From the human T2T-CHM13v2.0 reference genome, Homo sapiens: 64,000 nt of DNA. Within the stretch, counting starts at the first letter, position 1. Each line of letters starts with the position of its first letter. A model generated the notes under the pieces. It was given only the letters and a program-made list of their open reading frames with translations. It was not told where the DNA came from and searched no databases. Location of the stretch: NCBI RefSeq assembly GCF_009914755.1, contig NC_060948.1, one strand, 5' to 3'. Position numbers and translations under genes: made by a program. Below, in pieces: positions 28,459 to 42,716 of the stretch.

Positions 28459-31400
28459 GTAATCCAAAGGTATAGAATCTAATGCAATAAAATCGACTCA
28501 GATAGAGTAGAATGTAATGGAATGGAGTGCAGTGCAATGGAATGGAATGGAATGGAATGCAATGGAATGGAATGGAATGGAATGGAATGGAATGGGATGG
28601 AATGGTGTGGAATGGATAGTAATGGACTGGAGTGAAATGGACTGGAAAGGAATGGACTCAAATTGAAAGGTCTCGAAAGGAATGGATTCAAATGGAATGG
28701 TCTGGAATGGAATGAACACGAATGTAATGCAACCCAATAGAATGGAATCGAATGGCATGGAATAGAAAGAAATGGAATCGAAGAGAATGGAAACAAATGG
28801 AATGGAATTGAATGGAATGGAATTGAATGGAATGGGAACGAATGGAGTGAAATTGTATGCAGTAGAAGAGAATAGAATGGAATGCAAGCGAAAGGAAAGG
28901 AATGGATTGGAATGGAATGGAATTCATTGGAATGGAAGGGAATGTAGTGTAATGGACAGGCCTGGAATAAAGTGGAATGCTACGGTCTCGAATGGAATAA
29001 AAATGTATGGAATGGAATGCAATGAAACGGAATCGAATGTCATAGAATGTAATGGAATGCAACAAAATGGAATCCAAAATCATTGACTGGAAAGGCTGGG
29101 TGTCGAAAGGAATTGACTCCAATGGAATGGAATCGAATGGAATGGAAGTGAATAGAATCGAACTAAATCGAATGGAATGGAATTGATAGGAACGGAATGG
29201 AAAGGAATGCAATGATTTGGCATGGAATGGAATCGAATGGCATCGAATGGAATGGAATGGAATGCAATGGAATGGAATGTATTAGAATGTAATGAACTTT
29301 AATGGAATGTACTCGAATGGATTCGACTGGAATGGAATGTTCTGGAAGTGAATGGACTCCAATGGAATGGATTCAAAAGGAATGGAATCGTACGGAATGG
29401 AATCTAATGGAATGCAATTAAATGGAAATGAATCAAATTGAATAGCACGGAATTGAATTGAATGGAATGGAATGCAATGGAATCTAATGAAACGGAAAGG
29501 AAAGGAATGGAATGGAATGGAATGGGCTGGAATGGAAAGGAATCGAAACGAATGGAATGGAATCGAACTGAAGAGACTGGAATGGAATGCACTGGAATGG
29601 AAGGGAGTGTAATGGAAGGTTCTCGAAAAAAATGGAATCGAATGGAATGCAATTGAATGGAACGGAATAGATTCGAATGGAATTGAATGGAATGGAATGG
29701 ACTAGAGTGAAATGGAATCGAACCACAAGGAATGGACAGGAATAGAATGGTCTCGAATTGAATGGAATCGTATGGAATGGCATCAAACGGAATGGAATGG
29801 ACAGCCACGGAATGGAATGCACTCGAATGCAATGGAGTCGAAACTAACGGACTGGAATAGAATGGACTCGATTGGTACGGACTCCAATGGAATGGAATCG
29901 AATGGAAGGGAATCGAACGGAAGGGAATCGAACGGAATGGACTCGAAGGGAAAAGACTGCAATGGAAAGGTCTCGAATGGAATGGAAATTAATGGAATGG
30001 AATGGAATCGAATGAAATGGAGTCAAAAGGAATGGAATCGAATGGCAAGAAATCGAATGTAATGGAATCGCAAGGAATTGATGTGAACGGAACGGAATGG
30101 AATGGAATCCAAAGGAATGGAATAGAATGCAATGGAATCGAATGGAAAGGACTCGAATGGAAATCACTCGAATAGAATGCAACTTAATAAAATAGGATCA
30201 AATGTAATGGAATGGAATGGAAAGGAATCGAAACGAAAGGAATGGAGACAGATGGAATGGAATGGAACAGAGAGCAATGGTATAGAATGGAATGGAATCA
30301 TCTGGAATGGAATTGAATGGAATGGAATGATATGAAATGGAATGGAATGGAATGGAATGGAATGCCCTTGAATTAAATGGACTGGACTCGAACAGAGTGG
30401 AATGGAAAGTGTGGAGATAGAATGGAATGAACTCCTTTGGAATGGTCTAGTAGGCAATGCAATCGACTGGCAGGGAATCAAAAGGAATGTAATCGAATGG
30501 ATTGGACTGGAATGCAATGGACTCGAATAGATTGGAAACGGAATGCAAAGAATGGAATGGAATAGTATGGAATGGAATGGAAAGGAATGGAGTGGAATAG
30601 ACTAGAGTGGAATGGAATGGACTGGAAAGCAATGGACTGGAATGGAACTTTCTTGAATGGACTGGAATCAAACGGAATGGAATGCAATGCAATCAAATGG
30701 CATGGAATAAAATAGAATGAAAGAGAATCAAATGGAATTGAATCGAATGGAATCGAATGGATTGGAAAGGAATAGAATGGAATGGAATGGAATTGACTCA
30801 AATGGAATGGACTAGAATGGAATGGATTCGAATGGAAGGCAAAGGAATGGAATCTATTGGAATGGACTGTAATGGAATGGAATGGAAGGGATTGGAATGG
30901 ACTCGAATGGAATGGACTGCAATAGAAAGGATTCGAATGGAATGAAAAAGAATTGAATGGAATAAAACAGAATGGAATCAAATCGAATGAAATGGAATGG
31001 AATAGAAAGGAATGGAATGAAATGGAATGGAAAGGATTCGAATGGAATGCAATCGAATGGAATGGAATCGAACGGAATGGAATAAAATGGAAGAAAACTG
31101 GCAAGAAATGGAATCGAAATGAATGGAGTGTTATGGAACGGACTCAAAAGGAATTGAATGTAATAGATTGGAGTGGAGTGGACTCGAATATAATGGACTG
31201 GAATGGAATGAAATCACATGCAATGGGAACGAATGGAATGGAATGGAAAGGAATGGAATCGAATGGAAAGGAATCGAATGGAAGGGAATGAAATTGAATC
31301 AACAGGAATGGAAGGGAATAGAATAGACGGTAATGGAATGGACTCAAATAGAATGGACACGAATGCTCAAATTGAATGGACTCGAATGGAATGGAAACGA

Positions 31401-32016
31401 AAGGAATGTCATCGAATGGAATTGAATCGATTGGAATGAAATCGCATAGAATGGAGTGGAATCAAATGGAATTGAATCGAAAGGAAAGGAAGCGAATGGA
31501 CTGAAATGAAATGGAATGGAATTGAATGGAAAGTAATGCAATGGAATAGAATGGAACGAAATTTCACGGAATGGAATCAAACTGAATGGAATCAAATCAA
31601 TGGAATCAAATCAAATGGAATGGAAAGGAATTGAATGGAGTAGATGGGATTGGATGGGATTGGAATGAAATGTACTGGAAAGGACTCGAATTTCATGAAA
31701 CGGAATGGAATGAATTGGAACGGAATGGACTCGAATGGAATGGAATGTCATGGGATGGCATCAAATGGAATGGCATCAAATGGAATGGAATCGAATGCAA
31801 TGGAATGCTATGGAATGGAATGGAATGCATTGGAATGGAATGTCCTCTAATGGAATGGATTCGAGTGGAATGGAATTGAATATAATGGAGTCGAATGAAA
31901 TGGAATTGAAAGGAATGGGATCGAATACAATGGAATATACTGGAATGTAACGTAATGAACTCGAATGTAATTGACTGGAATGGAATGTACATGAATGGAA
32001 TGTAATCGAATGGAAA
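28459..32016 (+). repeat. DYZ1 unit 9 (type C, 3558 bp)
   Basis: Full set of C markers, including the 3' ones at 30965, 31168 and ~31346. Confidence 0.92.
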
Positions 32017-35000
32017 GTAATCCAATGGAATAGAATCTAATGCAATAAAATCGACTCAGATAGAGTAGAATGTAATGGAATGGAGTGCAGTGCAATGGAA
32101 TGGAATGGAATGGAATGCAATGGAATGGAATGGAATGGAATGGAATGGAATGGAATGGAATGGAATGGAATGGGATGGAATGGTATGGAATGGATAGTAA
32201 TGGACTGGAGTGAAATGGACTGGAAAGGAATGGACTCAAATTGAAAGGGCTCGAAAGGAATGGAGTCAAATGGAATGGTCTGGAATGGAATGAACACGAA
32301 TGTAATGCAACCCAATAGAATGGAATCGAATGGCATGGAATAGAAAGAAATGGAATCGAAGAGAATGGAAACAAATGGAATGGAATTGAATGGAATGGGA
32401 ACGAATGGAGTGAAATTGTATGCAGTAGAAGAGAATAGAATGGAATGCAAGCGAAAGGAAAGGAATGGATTGGAATGGAATGGAATTCATTGGAATGGAA
32501 GGGAATGTAGTGTAATGGACAGGCCTGGAATAAAGTGGAATGCTACGGTCTCGAATGGAATAAAAATGTATGGAATGGAATGCAATGAAACGGAATCGAA
32601 TGTCATAGAATGTAATGGAATGCAAAAAAATGGAATCCAAAATCATTGACTGGAAAGGCTGGGTGTCGAAAGGAATTGACTCCAATGGAATGGAATCGAA
32701 TGGAATGGAAGTGAATAGAATCGAACTAAATCGAATGGAATGGAATTGATAGGAACGGAATGGAAAGGAATGCAATGATTTGGCATGGAATGGAATCGAA
32801 TGGCATCGAATGGAATGGAATGGAATGCAATGGAATGGAATGTATTAGAATGTAATGAACTTTAATGGAATGTACTCGAATGGATTCGACTGGAATGGAA
32901 TGTTCTGGAAGTGAATGGACTCCAATGGAATGGATTCAAAAGGAATGGAATCGTACGGAATGGAATCTAATGGAATGCAATTAAATGGAAATGAATCAAA
33001 TTGAATAGCACGGAATTGAATTGAATGGAATGGAATGCAATGGAATCTAATGAAACGGAAAGGAAAGGAATGGAATGGAATGGAATGGTCTGGAATGGAA
33101 AGGAATCGAAACGAATGGAATGGAATCGAACTGAAGAGACTGGAATGGAATGCACTGGAATGGAAGGGAGTGTAATGGAAGGTTCTCGAAAAAAATGGAA
33201 TCGAATGGAATGCAATTGAATGGAACGGAATAGAGTCGAATGGAATTGAATGGAATGGAATGGACTAGAGTGAAATGGAATCGAACCACAAGGAATGGAC
33301 AGGAATAGAATGGTCTCGAATTGAATGGAATCGTATGGAATGGCATCAAACGGAATGGAATGGACAGCCACGGAATGGAATGCACTCGAATGCAATGGAG
33401 ACGAAACTAACGGACTGGAATAGAATGGACTCGACTGGTACGGACTCCAATGGAATGGAATCGAATGGAAGGGAATCGAACGGAAGGGAATCGAACGGAA
33501 TGGACTCGAAGGGAAAAGACTGCAATGGAAAGGTCTCGAATGGAATGGAAATTAATGGAATGGAATGGAATCGAATGAAATGGAGTCAAAAGGAATGGAA
33601 TCGAATGGCAAGAAATCGAATGTAATGGAATCGCAAGGAATTGATGTGAACGGAACGGAATGGAATGGAATCCAAAGGAATGGAATAGAATGGAATGGAA
33701 TCGAATGGAAAGGACTCGAATGGAAATCACTCGAATAGAATGCAATTTAATAAAATAGGATCAAATGTAATGGAATGGAATGGAAAGGAATCGAAAGGAA
33801 AGGAATGGAGACAGATGGAATGGAATGGAACCGAGAGCAATGGTATAGAATGGAATGGAATCATCTGGAATGGAATTGAATGGAATGGAATGATATGAAA
33901 TGGAATGGAATGGAATGGAATGGAATGCCCTTGAATTAAATGGACTGGACTCGAACAGAGTGGAATGGAAAGTGTGGAGATAGAATGGAATGAACTCATT
34001 TGGAATGGTCTAGTAGGCAATGCAATCGACTGGCAGGGAATCAAAAGGAATGTAATCGAATGGATTGGACTGGAATGCAATGGACTCGAATAGATTGGAA
34101 ACGGAATGCAAAGAATGGAATGGAATAGTATGGAATGGAATGGAAAGGAATGGAGTGGAATAGACTAGAGTGGAATGGAATGGACTGGAAAGCAATGGAC
34201 TGGAATGGAACTTTCTTGAATGGACTGGAATCAAACGGAATGGAATGCAATGCAATCAAATGGCATGGAATAAAATAGAATGAAAGAGAATCAAATGGAA
34301 TTGAATCGAATGGAATCGAATGGATTGGAAAGAAATAGAATGGAATGGAATGGAATTGACTCAAATGGAATGGACTAGAATGGAATGGATTCGAATGGAA
34401 GGCAAAGGAATGGAATCTATTGGAATGGACTGTAATGGAATGGAATGGAAGGGATTGGAATGGACTCGAATGGAATGGACTGCAATAGAAAGGATTCGAA
34501 TGGAATGAAAAAGAATTGAATGGAATAGAACAGAATGGAATCAAATCGAATGAAATGGAATGGAATAGAAAGGAATGGAATGAAATGGAATGGAAAGGAT
34601 TCGAATGGAATGCAATCGAATGGAATGGAATCGAACGGAATGGAATAAAATGGAAGAAAACTGGCAAGAAATGGAATCGAAATGAATGGAGTGTTATGGA
34701 ACGGACTCAAAAGGAATTGAATGTAATAGAATGGAGTGGAGTGGACTCGAATATAATGGACTGGAATGGAATGAAATCACATGGAATGGGAACGAATGGA
34801 ATGGAATGGAAAGGAATGGAATCGAATGGAAAGGAATCGAATGGAAGGGAATGAAATTGAATCAACAGGAATGGAAGGGAATAGAATAGACGGTAATGGA
34901 ATGGACTCGAATAGAATGGACACGAATGCTCAAATTGAATGGACTCGAATGGAATGGAAACGAAAGGAATGTCATCGAATGGAATTGAATCGATTGGAAT

Positions 35001-35579
35001 GAAATCGCATAGAATGGAGTGGAATCAAATGGAATTGAATCGAAAGGAAAGGAAGCGAATGGACTGAAATGAAATGGAATGGAATTGAATGGAAAGTAAT
35101 GCAATGGAATAGAATGGAACGAAATTTCACGGAATGGAATCAAACTGAATGGAATCAAATCAATGGAATCAAATCAAATGGAATGGAAAGGAATTGAATG
35201 GAGTAGATGGGATTGGATGGGATTGGAATGAAATGTACTGGAAAGGACTCGAATTTCATGAAACGGAATGGAATGAATTGGAACGGAATGGACTCGAATG
35301 GAATGGAATGTCATGGGATGGCATCAAATGGAATGGCATCAAATGGAATGGAATCGAATGCAATGGAATGCTATGGAATGGAATGGAATGCATTGGAATG
35401 GAATGTCCTCTAATGGAATGGATTCGAGTGGAATGGAATTGAATATAATGGAGTCGAATGAAATGGAATTGAAAGGAATGGGATCGAATACAATGGAATA
35501 TACTGGAATGTAACGTAATGAACTCGAATGTAATTGACTGGAATGGAATGTACATGAATGGAATGTAATCGAATGGAAA
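32017..35579 (+). repeat. DYZ1 unit 10 (type E, 3563 bp)
   Basis: Private set GGTCTGG (~33088), GGAGACGAAA (33401), TCGAAAGGAA (33797), CCGAGAG (33832), AACTCATTT (33998), GGAAAGAAATAG (~34333). Confidence 0.9.
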
Positions 35580-38500
35580 GTAATCCGATGGAATAGAATC
35601 TAATGCAATAAAATCGACTCAGATAGAGTAGAATGTAATGGAATGGAGTGCAGTGCAATGGAATGGAATGGAATGGAATGCAATGGAATGGAATGGAATG
35701 GAATGGAATGGAATGGAATGGAATGGAATGGAATGGGATGGAATGGTATGGAATGGATAGTAATGGACTGGAGTGAAATGGACTGGAAAGGAATGGACTC
35801 AAATTGAAAGGGCTCGAAAGGAATGGAGTCAAATGGAATGGTCTGGAATGGAATGAACACGAATGTAATGCAACCCAATAGAATGGAATCGAATGGCATG
35901 GAATAGAAAGAAATGGAATCGAAGAGAATGGAAACAAATGGAATGGAATTGAATGGAATGGGAACGAATGGAGTGAAATTGTATGCAGTAGAAGAGAATA
36001 GAATGGAATGCAAGCGAAAGGAAAGGAATGGATTGGAATGGAATGGAATTCATTGGAATGGAAGGGAATGTAGTGTAATGGACAGGCCTGGAATAAAGTG
36101 GAATGCTACGGTCTCGAATGGAATAAAAATGTATGGAATGGAATGCAATGAAACGGAATCGAATGTCATAGAATGTAATGGAATGCAAAAAAATGGAATC
36201 CAAAATCATTGACTGGAAAGGCTGGGTGTCGAAAGGAATTGACTCCAATGGAATGGAATCGAATGGAATGGAAGTGAATAGAATCGAACTAAATCGAATG
36301 GAATGGAATTGATAGGAACGGAATGGAAAGGAATGCAATGATTTGGCATGGAATGGAATCGAATGGCATCGAATGGAATGGAATGGAATGCAATGGAATG
36401 GAATGTATTAGAATGTAATGAACTTTAATGGAATGTACTCGAATGGATTCGACTGGAATGGAATGTTCTGGAAGTGAATGGACTCCAATGGAATGGATTC
36501 AAAAGGAATGGAATCGTACGGAATGGAATCTAATGGAATGCAATTAAATGGAAATGAATCAAATTGAATAGCACGGAATTGAATTGAATGGAATGGAATG
36601 CAATGGAATCTAATGAAACGGAAAGGAAAGGAATGGAATGGAATGGAATGGTCTGGAATGGAAAGGAATCGAAACGAATGGAATGGAATCGAACTGAAGA
36701 GACTGGAATGGAATGCACTGGAATGGAAGGGAGTGTAATGGAAGGTTCTCGAAAAAAATGGAATCGAATGGAATGCAATTGAATGGAACGGAATAGAGTC
36801 GAATGGAATTGAATGGAATGGAATGGACTAGAGTGAAATGGAATCGAACCACAAGGAATGGACAGGAATAGAATGGTCTCGAATTGAATGGAATCGTATG
36901 GAATGGCATCAAACGGAATGGAATGGACAGCCACGGAATGGAATGCACTCGAATGCAATGGAGACGAAACTAACGGACTGGAATAGAATGGACTCGACTG
37001 GTACGGACTCCAATGGAATGGAATCGAATGGAAGGGAATCGAACGGAAGGGAATCGAACGGAATGGACTCGAAGGGAAAAGACTGCAATGGAAAGGTCTC
37101 GAATGGAATGGAAATTAATGGAATGGAATGGAATCGAATGAAATGGAGTCAAAAGGAATGGAATCGAATGGCAAGAAATCGAATGTAATGGAATCGCAAG
37201 GAATTGATGTGAACGGAACGGAATGGAATGGAATCCAAAGGAATGGAATAGAATGGAATGGAATCGAATGGAAAGGACTCGAATGGAAATCACTCGAATA
37301 GAATGCAATTTAATAAAATAGGATCAAATGTAATGGAATGGAATGGAAAGGAATCGAAAGGAAAGGAATGGAGACAGATGGAATGGAATGGAACCGAGAG
37401 CAATGGTATAGAATGGAATGGAATCATCTGGAATGGAATTGAATGGAATGGAATGATATGAAATGGAATGGAATGGAATGGAATGGAATGCCCTTGAATT
37501 AAATGGACTGGACTCGAACAGAGTGGAATGGAAAGTGTGGAGATAGAATGGAATGAACTCATTTGGAATGGTCTAGTAGGCAATGCAATCGACTGGCAGG
37601 GAATCAAAAGGAATGTAATCGAATGGATTGGACTGGAATGCAATGGACTCGAATAGATTGGAAACGGAATGCAAAGAATGGAATGGAATAGTATGGAATG
37701 GAATGGAAAGGAATGGAGTGGAATAGACTAGAGTGGAATGGAATGGACTGGAAAGCAATGGACTGGAATGGAACTTTCTTGAATGGACTGGAATCAAACG
37801 GAATGGAATGCAATGCAATCAAATGGCATGGAATAAAATAGAATGAAAGAGAATCAAATGGAATTGAATCGAATGGAATCGAATGGATTGGAAAGAAATA
37901 GAATGGAATGGAATGGAATTGACTCAAATGGAATGGACTAGAATGGAATGGATTCGAATGGAAGGCAAAGGAATGGAATCTATTGGAATGGACTGTAATG
38001 GAATGGAATGGAAGGGATTGGAATGGACTCGAATGGAATGGACTGCAATAGAAAGGATTCGAATGGAATGAAAAAGAATTGAATGGAATAGAACAGAATG
38101 GAATCAAATCGAATGAAATGGAATGGAATAGAAAGGAATGGAATGAAATGGAATGGAAAGGATTCGAATGGAATGCAATCGAATGGAATGGAATCGAACG
38201 GAATGGAATAAAATGGAAGAAAACTGGCAAGAAATGGAATCGAAATGAATGGAGTGTTATGGAACGGACTCAAAAGGAATTGAATGTAATAGAATGGAGT
38301 GGAGTGGACTCGAATATAATGGACTGGAATGGAATGAAATCACATGGAATGGGAACGAATGGAATGGAATGGAAAGGAATGGAATCGAATGGAAAGGAAT
38401 CGAATGGAAGGGAATGAAATTGAATCAACAGGAATGGAAGGGAATAGAATAGACGGTAATGGAATGGACTCGAATAGAATGGACACGAATGCTCAAATTG

Positions 38501-39142
38501 AATGGACTCGAATGGAATGGAAACGAAAGGAATGTCATCGAATGGAATTGAATCGATTGGAATGAAATCGCATAGAATGGAGTGGAATCAAATGGAATTG
38601 AATCGAAAGGAAAGGAAGCGAATGGACTGAAATGAAATGGAATGGAATTGAATGGAAAGTAATGCAATGGAATAGAATGGAACGAAATTTCACGGAATGG
38701 AATCAAACTGAATGGAATCAAATCAATGGAATCAAATCAAATGGAATGGAAAGGAATTGAATGGAGTAGATGGGATTGGATGGGATTGGAATGAAATGTA
38801 CTGGAAAGGACTCGAATTTCATGAAACGGAATGGAATGAATTGGAACGGAATGGACTCGAATGGAATGGAATGTCATGGGATGGCATCAAATGGAATGGC
38901 ATCAAATGGAATGGAATCGAATGCAATGGAATGCTATGGAATGGAATGGAATGCATTGGAATGGAATGTCCTCTAATGGAATGGATTCGAGTGGAATGGA
39001 ATTGAATATAATGGAGTCGAATGAAATGGAATTGAAAGGAATGGGATCGAATACAATGGAATATACTGGAATGTAACGTAATGAACTCGAATGTAATTGA
39101 CTGGAATGGAATGTACATGAATGGAATGTAATCGAATGGAAA
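35580..39142 (+). repeat. DYZ1 unit 11 (type E, 3563 bp)
   Basis: All unit-10 private variants recur at +3563 bp. Confidence 0.9.
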
Positions 39143-42100
39143 GTAATCCGATGGAATAGAATCTAATGCAATAAAATCGACTCAGATAGAGTAGAATGTA
39201 ATGGAATGGAGTGCAGTGCAATGGAATGGAATGGAATGGAATGCAATGGAATGGAATGGAATGGAATGGAATGGAATGGAATGGAATGGAATGGAATGGG
39301 ATGGAATGGTATGGAATGGATAGTAATGGACTGGAGTGAAATGGACTGGAAAGGAATGGACTCAAATTGAAAGGGCTCGAAAGGAATGGAGTCAAATGGA
39401 ATGGTCTGGAATGGAATGAACACGAATGTAATGCAACCCAATAGAATGGAATCGAATGGCATGGAATATAAAGAAATGGAATCGAAGAGAATGGAAACAA
39501 ATGGAATGGAATTGAATGGAATGGGAACGAATGGAGTGAAATTGTATGCAGTAGAAGAGAATAGAATGGAATGCAAGCGAAAGGAAAGGAATGGATTGGA
39601 ATGGAATGGAATTCATTGGAATGGAAGGGAATGTAGTGTAATGGACAGGCCTGGAATAAAGTGGAATGCTACGGTCTCGAATGGAATAAAAATGTATGGA
39701 ATGGAATGCAATGAAACGGAATCGAATGTCATAGAATGTAATGGAATGCAAAAAAATGGAATCCAAAATCATTGACTGGAAAGGCTGGGTGTCGAAAGGA
39801 ATTGACTCCAATGGAATGGAATCGAATGGAATGGAAGTGAATAGAATCGAACTAAATCGAATGGAATGGAATTGATAGGAACGGAATGGAAAGGAATGCA
39901 ATGATTTGGCATGGAATGGAATCGAATGGCATCGAATGGAATGGAATGGAATGCAATGGAATGGAATGTATTAGAATGTAATGAACTTTAATGGAATGTA
40001 CTCGAATGGATTCGACTGGAATGGAATGTTCTGGAAGTGAATGGACTCCAATGGAATGGATTCAAAAGGAATGGAATCGTACGGAATGGAATCTAATGGA
40101 ATGGAATTAAATGGAAATGAATCAAATTGAATAGCACGGAATTGAATTGAATGGAATGGAATGCAATGGAATCTAATGAAACGGAAAGGAAAGGAATGGA
40201 ATGGAATGGAATGGGCTGGAATGGAAAGGAATCGAAACGAATGGAATGGAATCGAAGTGAAGAGACTGGAATGGAATGCACTGGAATGGAAGGGAGTGTA
40301 ATGGAAGGTTCTCGAAAAAAATGGAATCGAATGGAATGGAATTGAATGGAACGGAATAGAGTCGAATGGAATTGAATGGAATGGAATGGACTAGAGTGAA
40401 ATGGAATCGAACCACAAGGAATGGACAGGAATAGAATGGTCTCGAATTGAATGGAATCGTATGGAATGGCATCAAACGGAATGGAATGGACAGCCACGGA
40501 ATGGAATGCACTCGAATGCAATGGAGTCGAAACTAACGGACTGGAATAGAATGGACTCGACTGGTACGGACTCTAATGGAATGGAATCGAATGGAAGGGA
40601 ATCGAACGGAAGGGAATCGAACGAAATGGACTCGAAGGGAAAAGACTGCAATGGAAAGGCCTCGAATGGAATGGAAATTAATGGAATGGAATGGAATCGA
40701 ATGAAATGGAGTCAAAAGGAATGGAATCGAATGGCAAGAAATCGAATGTAATGGAATCGCAAGGAATTGATGTGAACGGAACGGAATGGAATGGAATCCA
40801 AAGGAATGGAATAGAATGGAATGGAATCGAATGGAAAGGACTCGAATGGAAATCACTCGAATAGAATGCAATTTAATAAAATAGGATCAAATGTAATGGA
40901 ATGGAATGGAAAGGAATAGAAACGAAAGGAATGGAGACAGATGGAATGGAATAGAACAGAGAGCAATGGTATAGAATGGAATGGAATCATCTGGAATGGA
41001 ATTGAATGGAATGGAATAATATGAAATGGAATGGAATGGAATGGAATGGAATGCCCTTGAATTAAAAGGACTGGAATGGAATGGACTCGAACAGAGTGGA
41101 ATGGAAAGTGTTGAGATAGAATGGAATGGACTCCTTTGGAATGGTCTAGTATGCAATGCAATCGACTGGCAGGGAATCAAAAGGAATGGAATGGAATGGA
41201 TTGGACTGGAATCCAATGGACTCGAATAGATTGGAAACGGAATGCAAAGGAATGGAATGGAATAGTATGGAATGGAATGGAAAGGAATGGAGTGGAATAG
41301 ACTAGAGTGGAAAGGAATGGACTGGAAAGCAATGGACTGGAATGGAACTTTGTTGAATGGACTGGAATCAAACGGAATGGAATGCAATGCAATCAAATGG
41401 CATGGAATAAAATAGAATGAAAGAGAATCAAATGGAATTGAATCGAATGGAATCGAATGGATTGGAAAGGAATAGAATGGAATGGAATGGAATTGACTCA
41501 AATGGAATGGACTAGAATGGAATGGATTCGAATGGAAGGCAAAGGAATGGAATCTATTGGAATGGACTGTAATGGAATGGAATGGAAGGGATTGGAATGG
41601 ACTCGAATGGAATGGACTGCAATAGAAAGGATTCGAATGGAATGAAAAAGAATTGAATGGAATAGAACAGAATGGAATCAAATCGAATGAAATGGAATGG
41701 AATAGAAAGGAATGGAATGAAATGGAATGGAAAGGATTCGAATGGAATGCAATCGAATGGAATGGAATCGAACGGAATGGAATAAAATGGAAGAAAACTG
41801 GCAAGAAATGGAATCGAAATGAATGGAGTGTTATGGAACGGACTCAAAAGGAATTGAATGTAATAGAATGGAGTGGAGTGGACTCGAATATAATGGACTG
41901 GAATGGAATGAAATCACATGGAATGGGAACGAATGGAATGGAATGGAAAGGAATGGAATCGAATGGAAAGGAATCGAATGGAAGGGAATGAAATTGAATC
42001 AACAGGAATGGGAGGGAATAGAATAGACTGTAATGGAATGGACTCGAATAGAATGGACACGAATGCTCAAATTAAATGGACTCGAATGGAATGGAAACGA

Positions 42101-42716
42101 AAGGAATGTCATCGAATGGAATTGAATCGATTGGAATGAAATCGCATAGAATGGAGTGGAATCAAATGGAATTGAATCGAAAGGAAAGGAAGCGAATGGA
42201 CTGAAATGAAATGGAATGGAATTGAATGGAAAGTAATGCAATGGAATAGAGTGGAACGAAATTTCACGGAATGGAATCAAAGTGAATGGAGTCAAATCAA
42301 TGGAATCAAATCAAATGGAATGGAAAGGAATTGAATGGAGTAGATGGGATTGGATGGGATTGGAATGAAATGTACTGGAAAGGACTCGAATTTCATGAAA
42401 CGGAATGGAATGAATTGGAACGGAATGGACTCGAATGGAATGGAATGTCATGGAATGGCATCAAATGGAATGGCATCAAATGGAATGGAATCGAATGCAA
42501 TGGAATGCTATGGAATGGAATGGAATGCATTGGAATGGAATGTCCTCTAATGGAATGGATTCGAGTGGAATGGAATTGAATATAATGGAGTCGAATGAAA
42601 TGGAATTGAAAGGAATGGGATCGAATACAATGGAATATACTGGAATGTAACGTAATGAACTCGAATGTAATTGACTGGAATGGAATGTACATGAATGGAA
42701 TGTAATCGAATGGAAA
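39143..42716 (+). repeat. DYZ1 unit 12 (transition unit, 3574 bp, extra HaeIII/StuI site)
   Basis: Mixes proximal and distal subfamily markers; extra AGGCCT at 40657-40662; many private substitutions. Confidence 0.9.
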
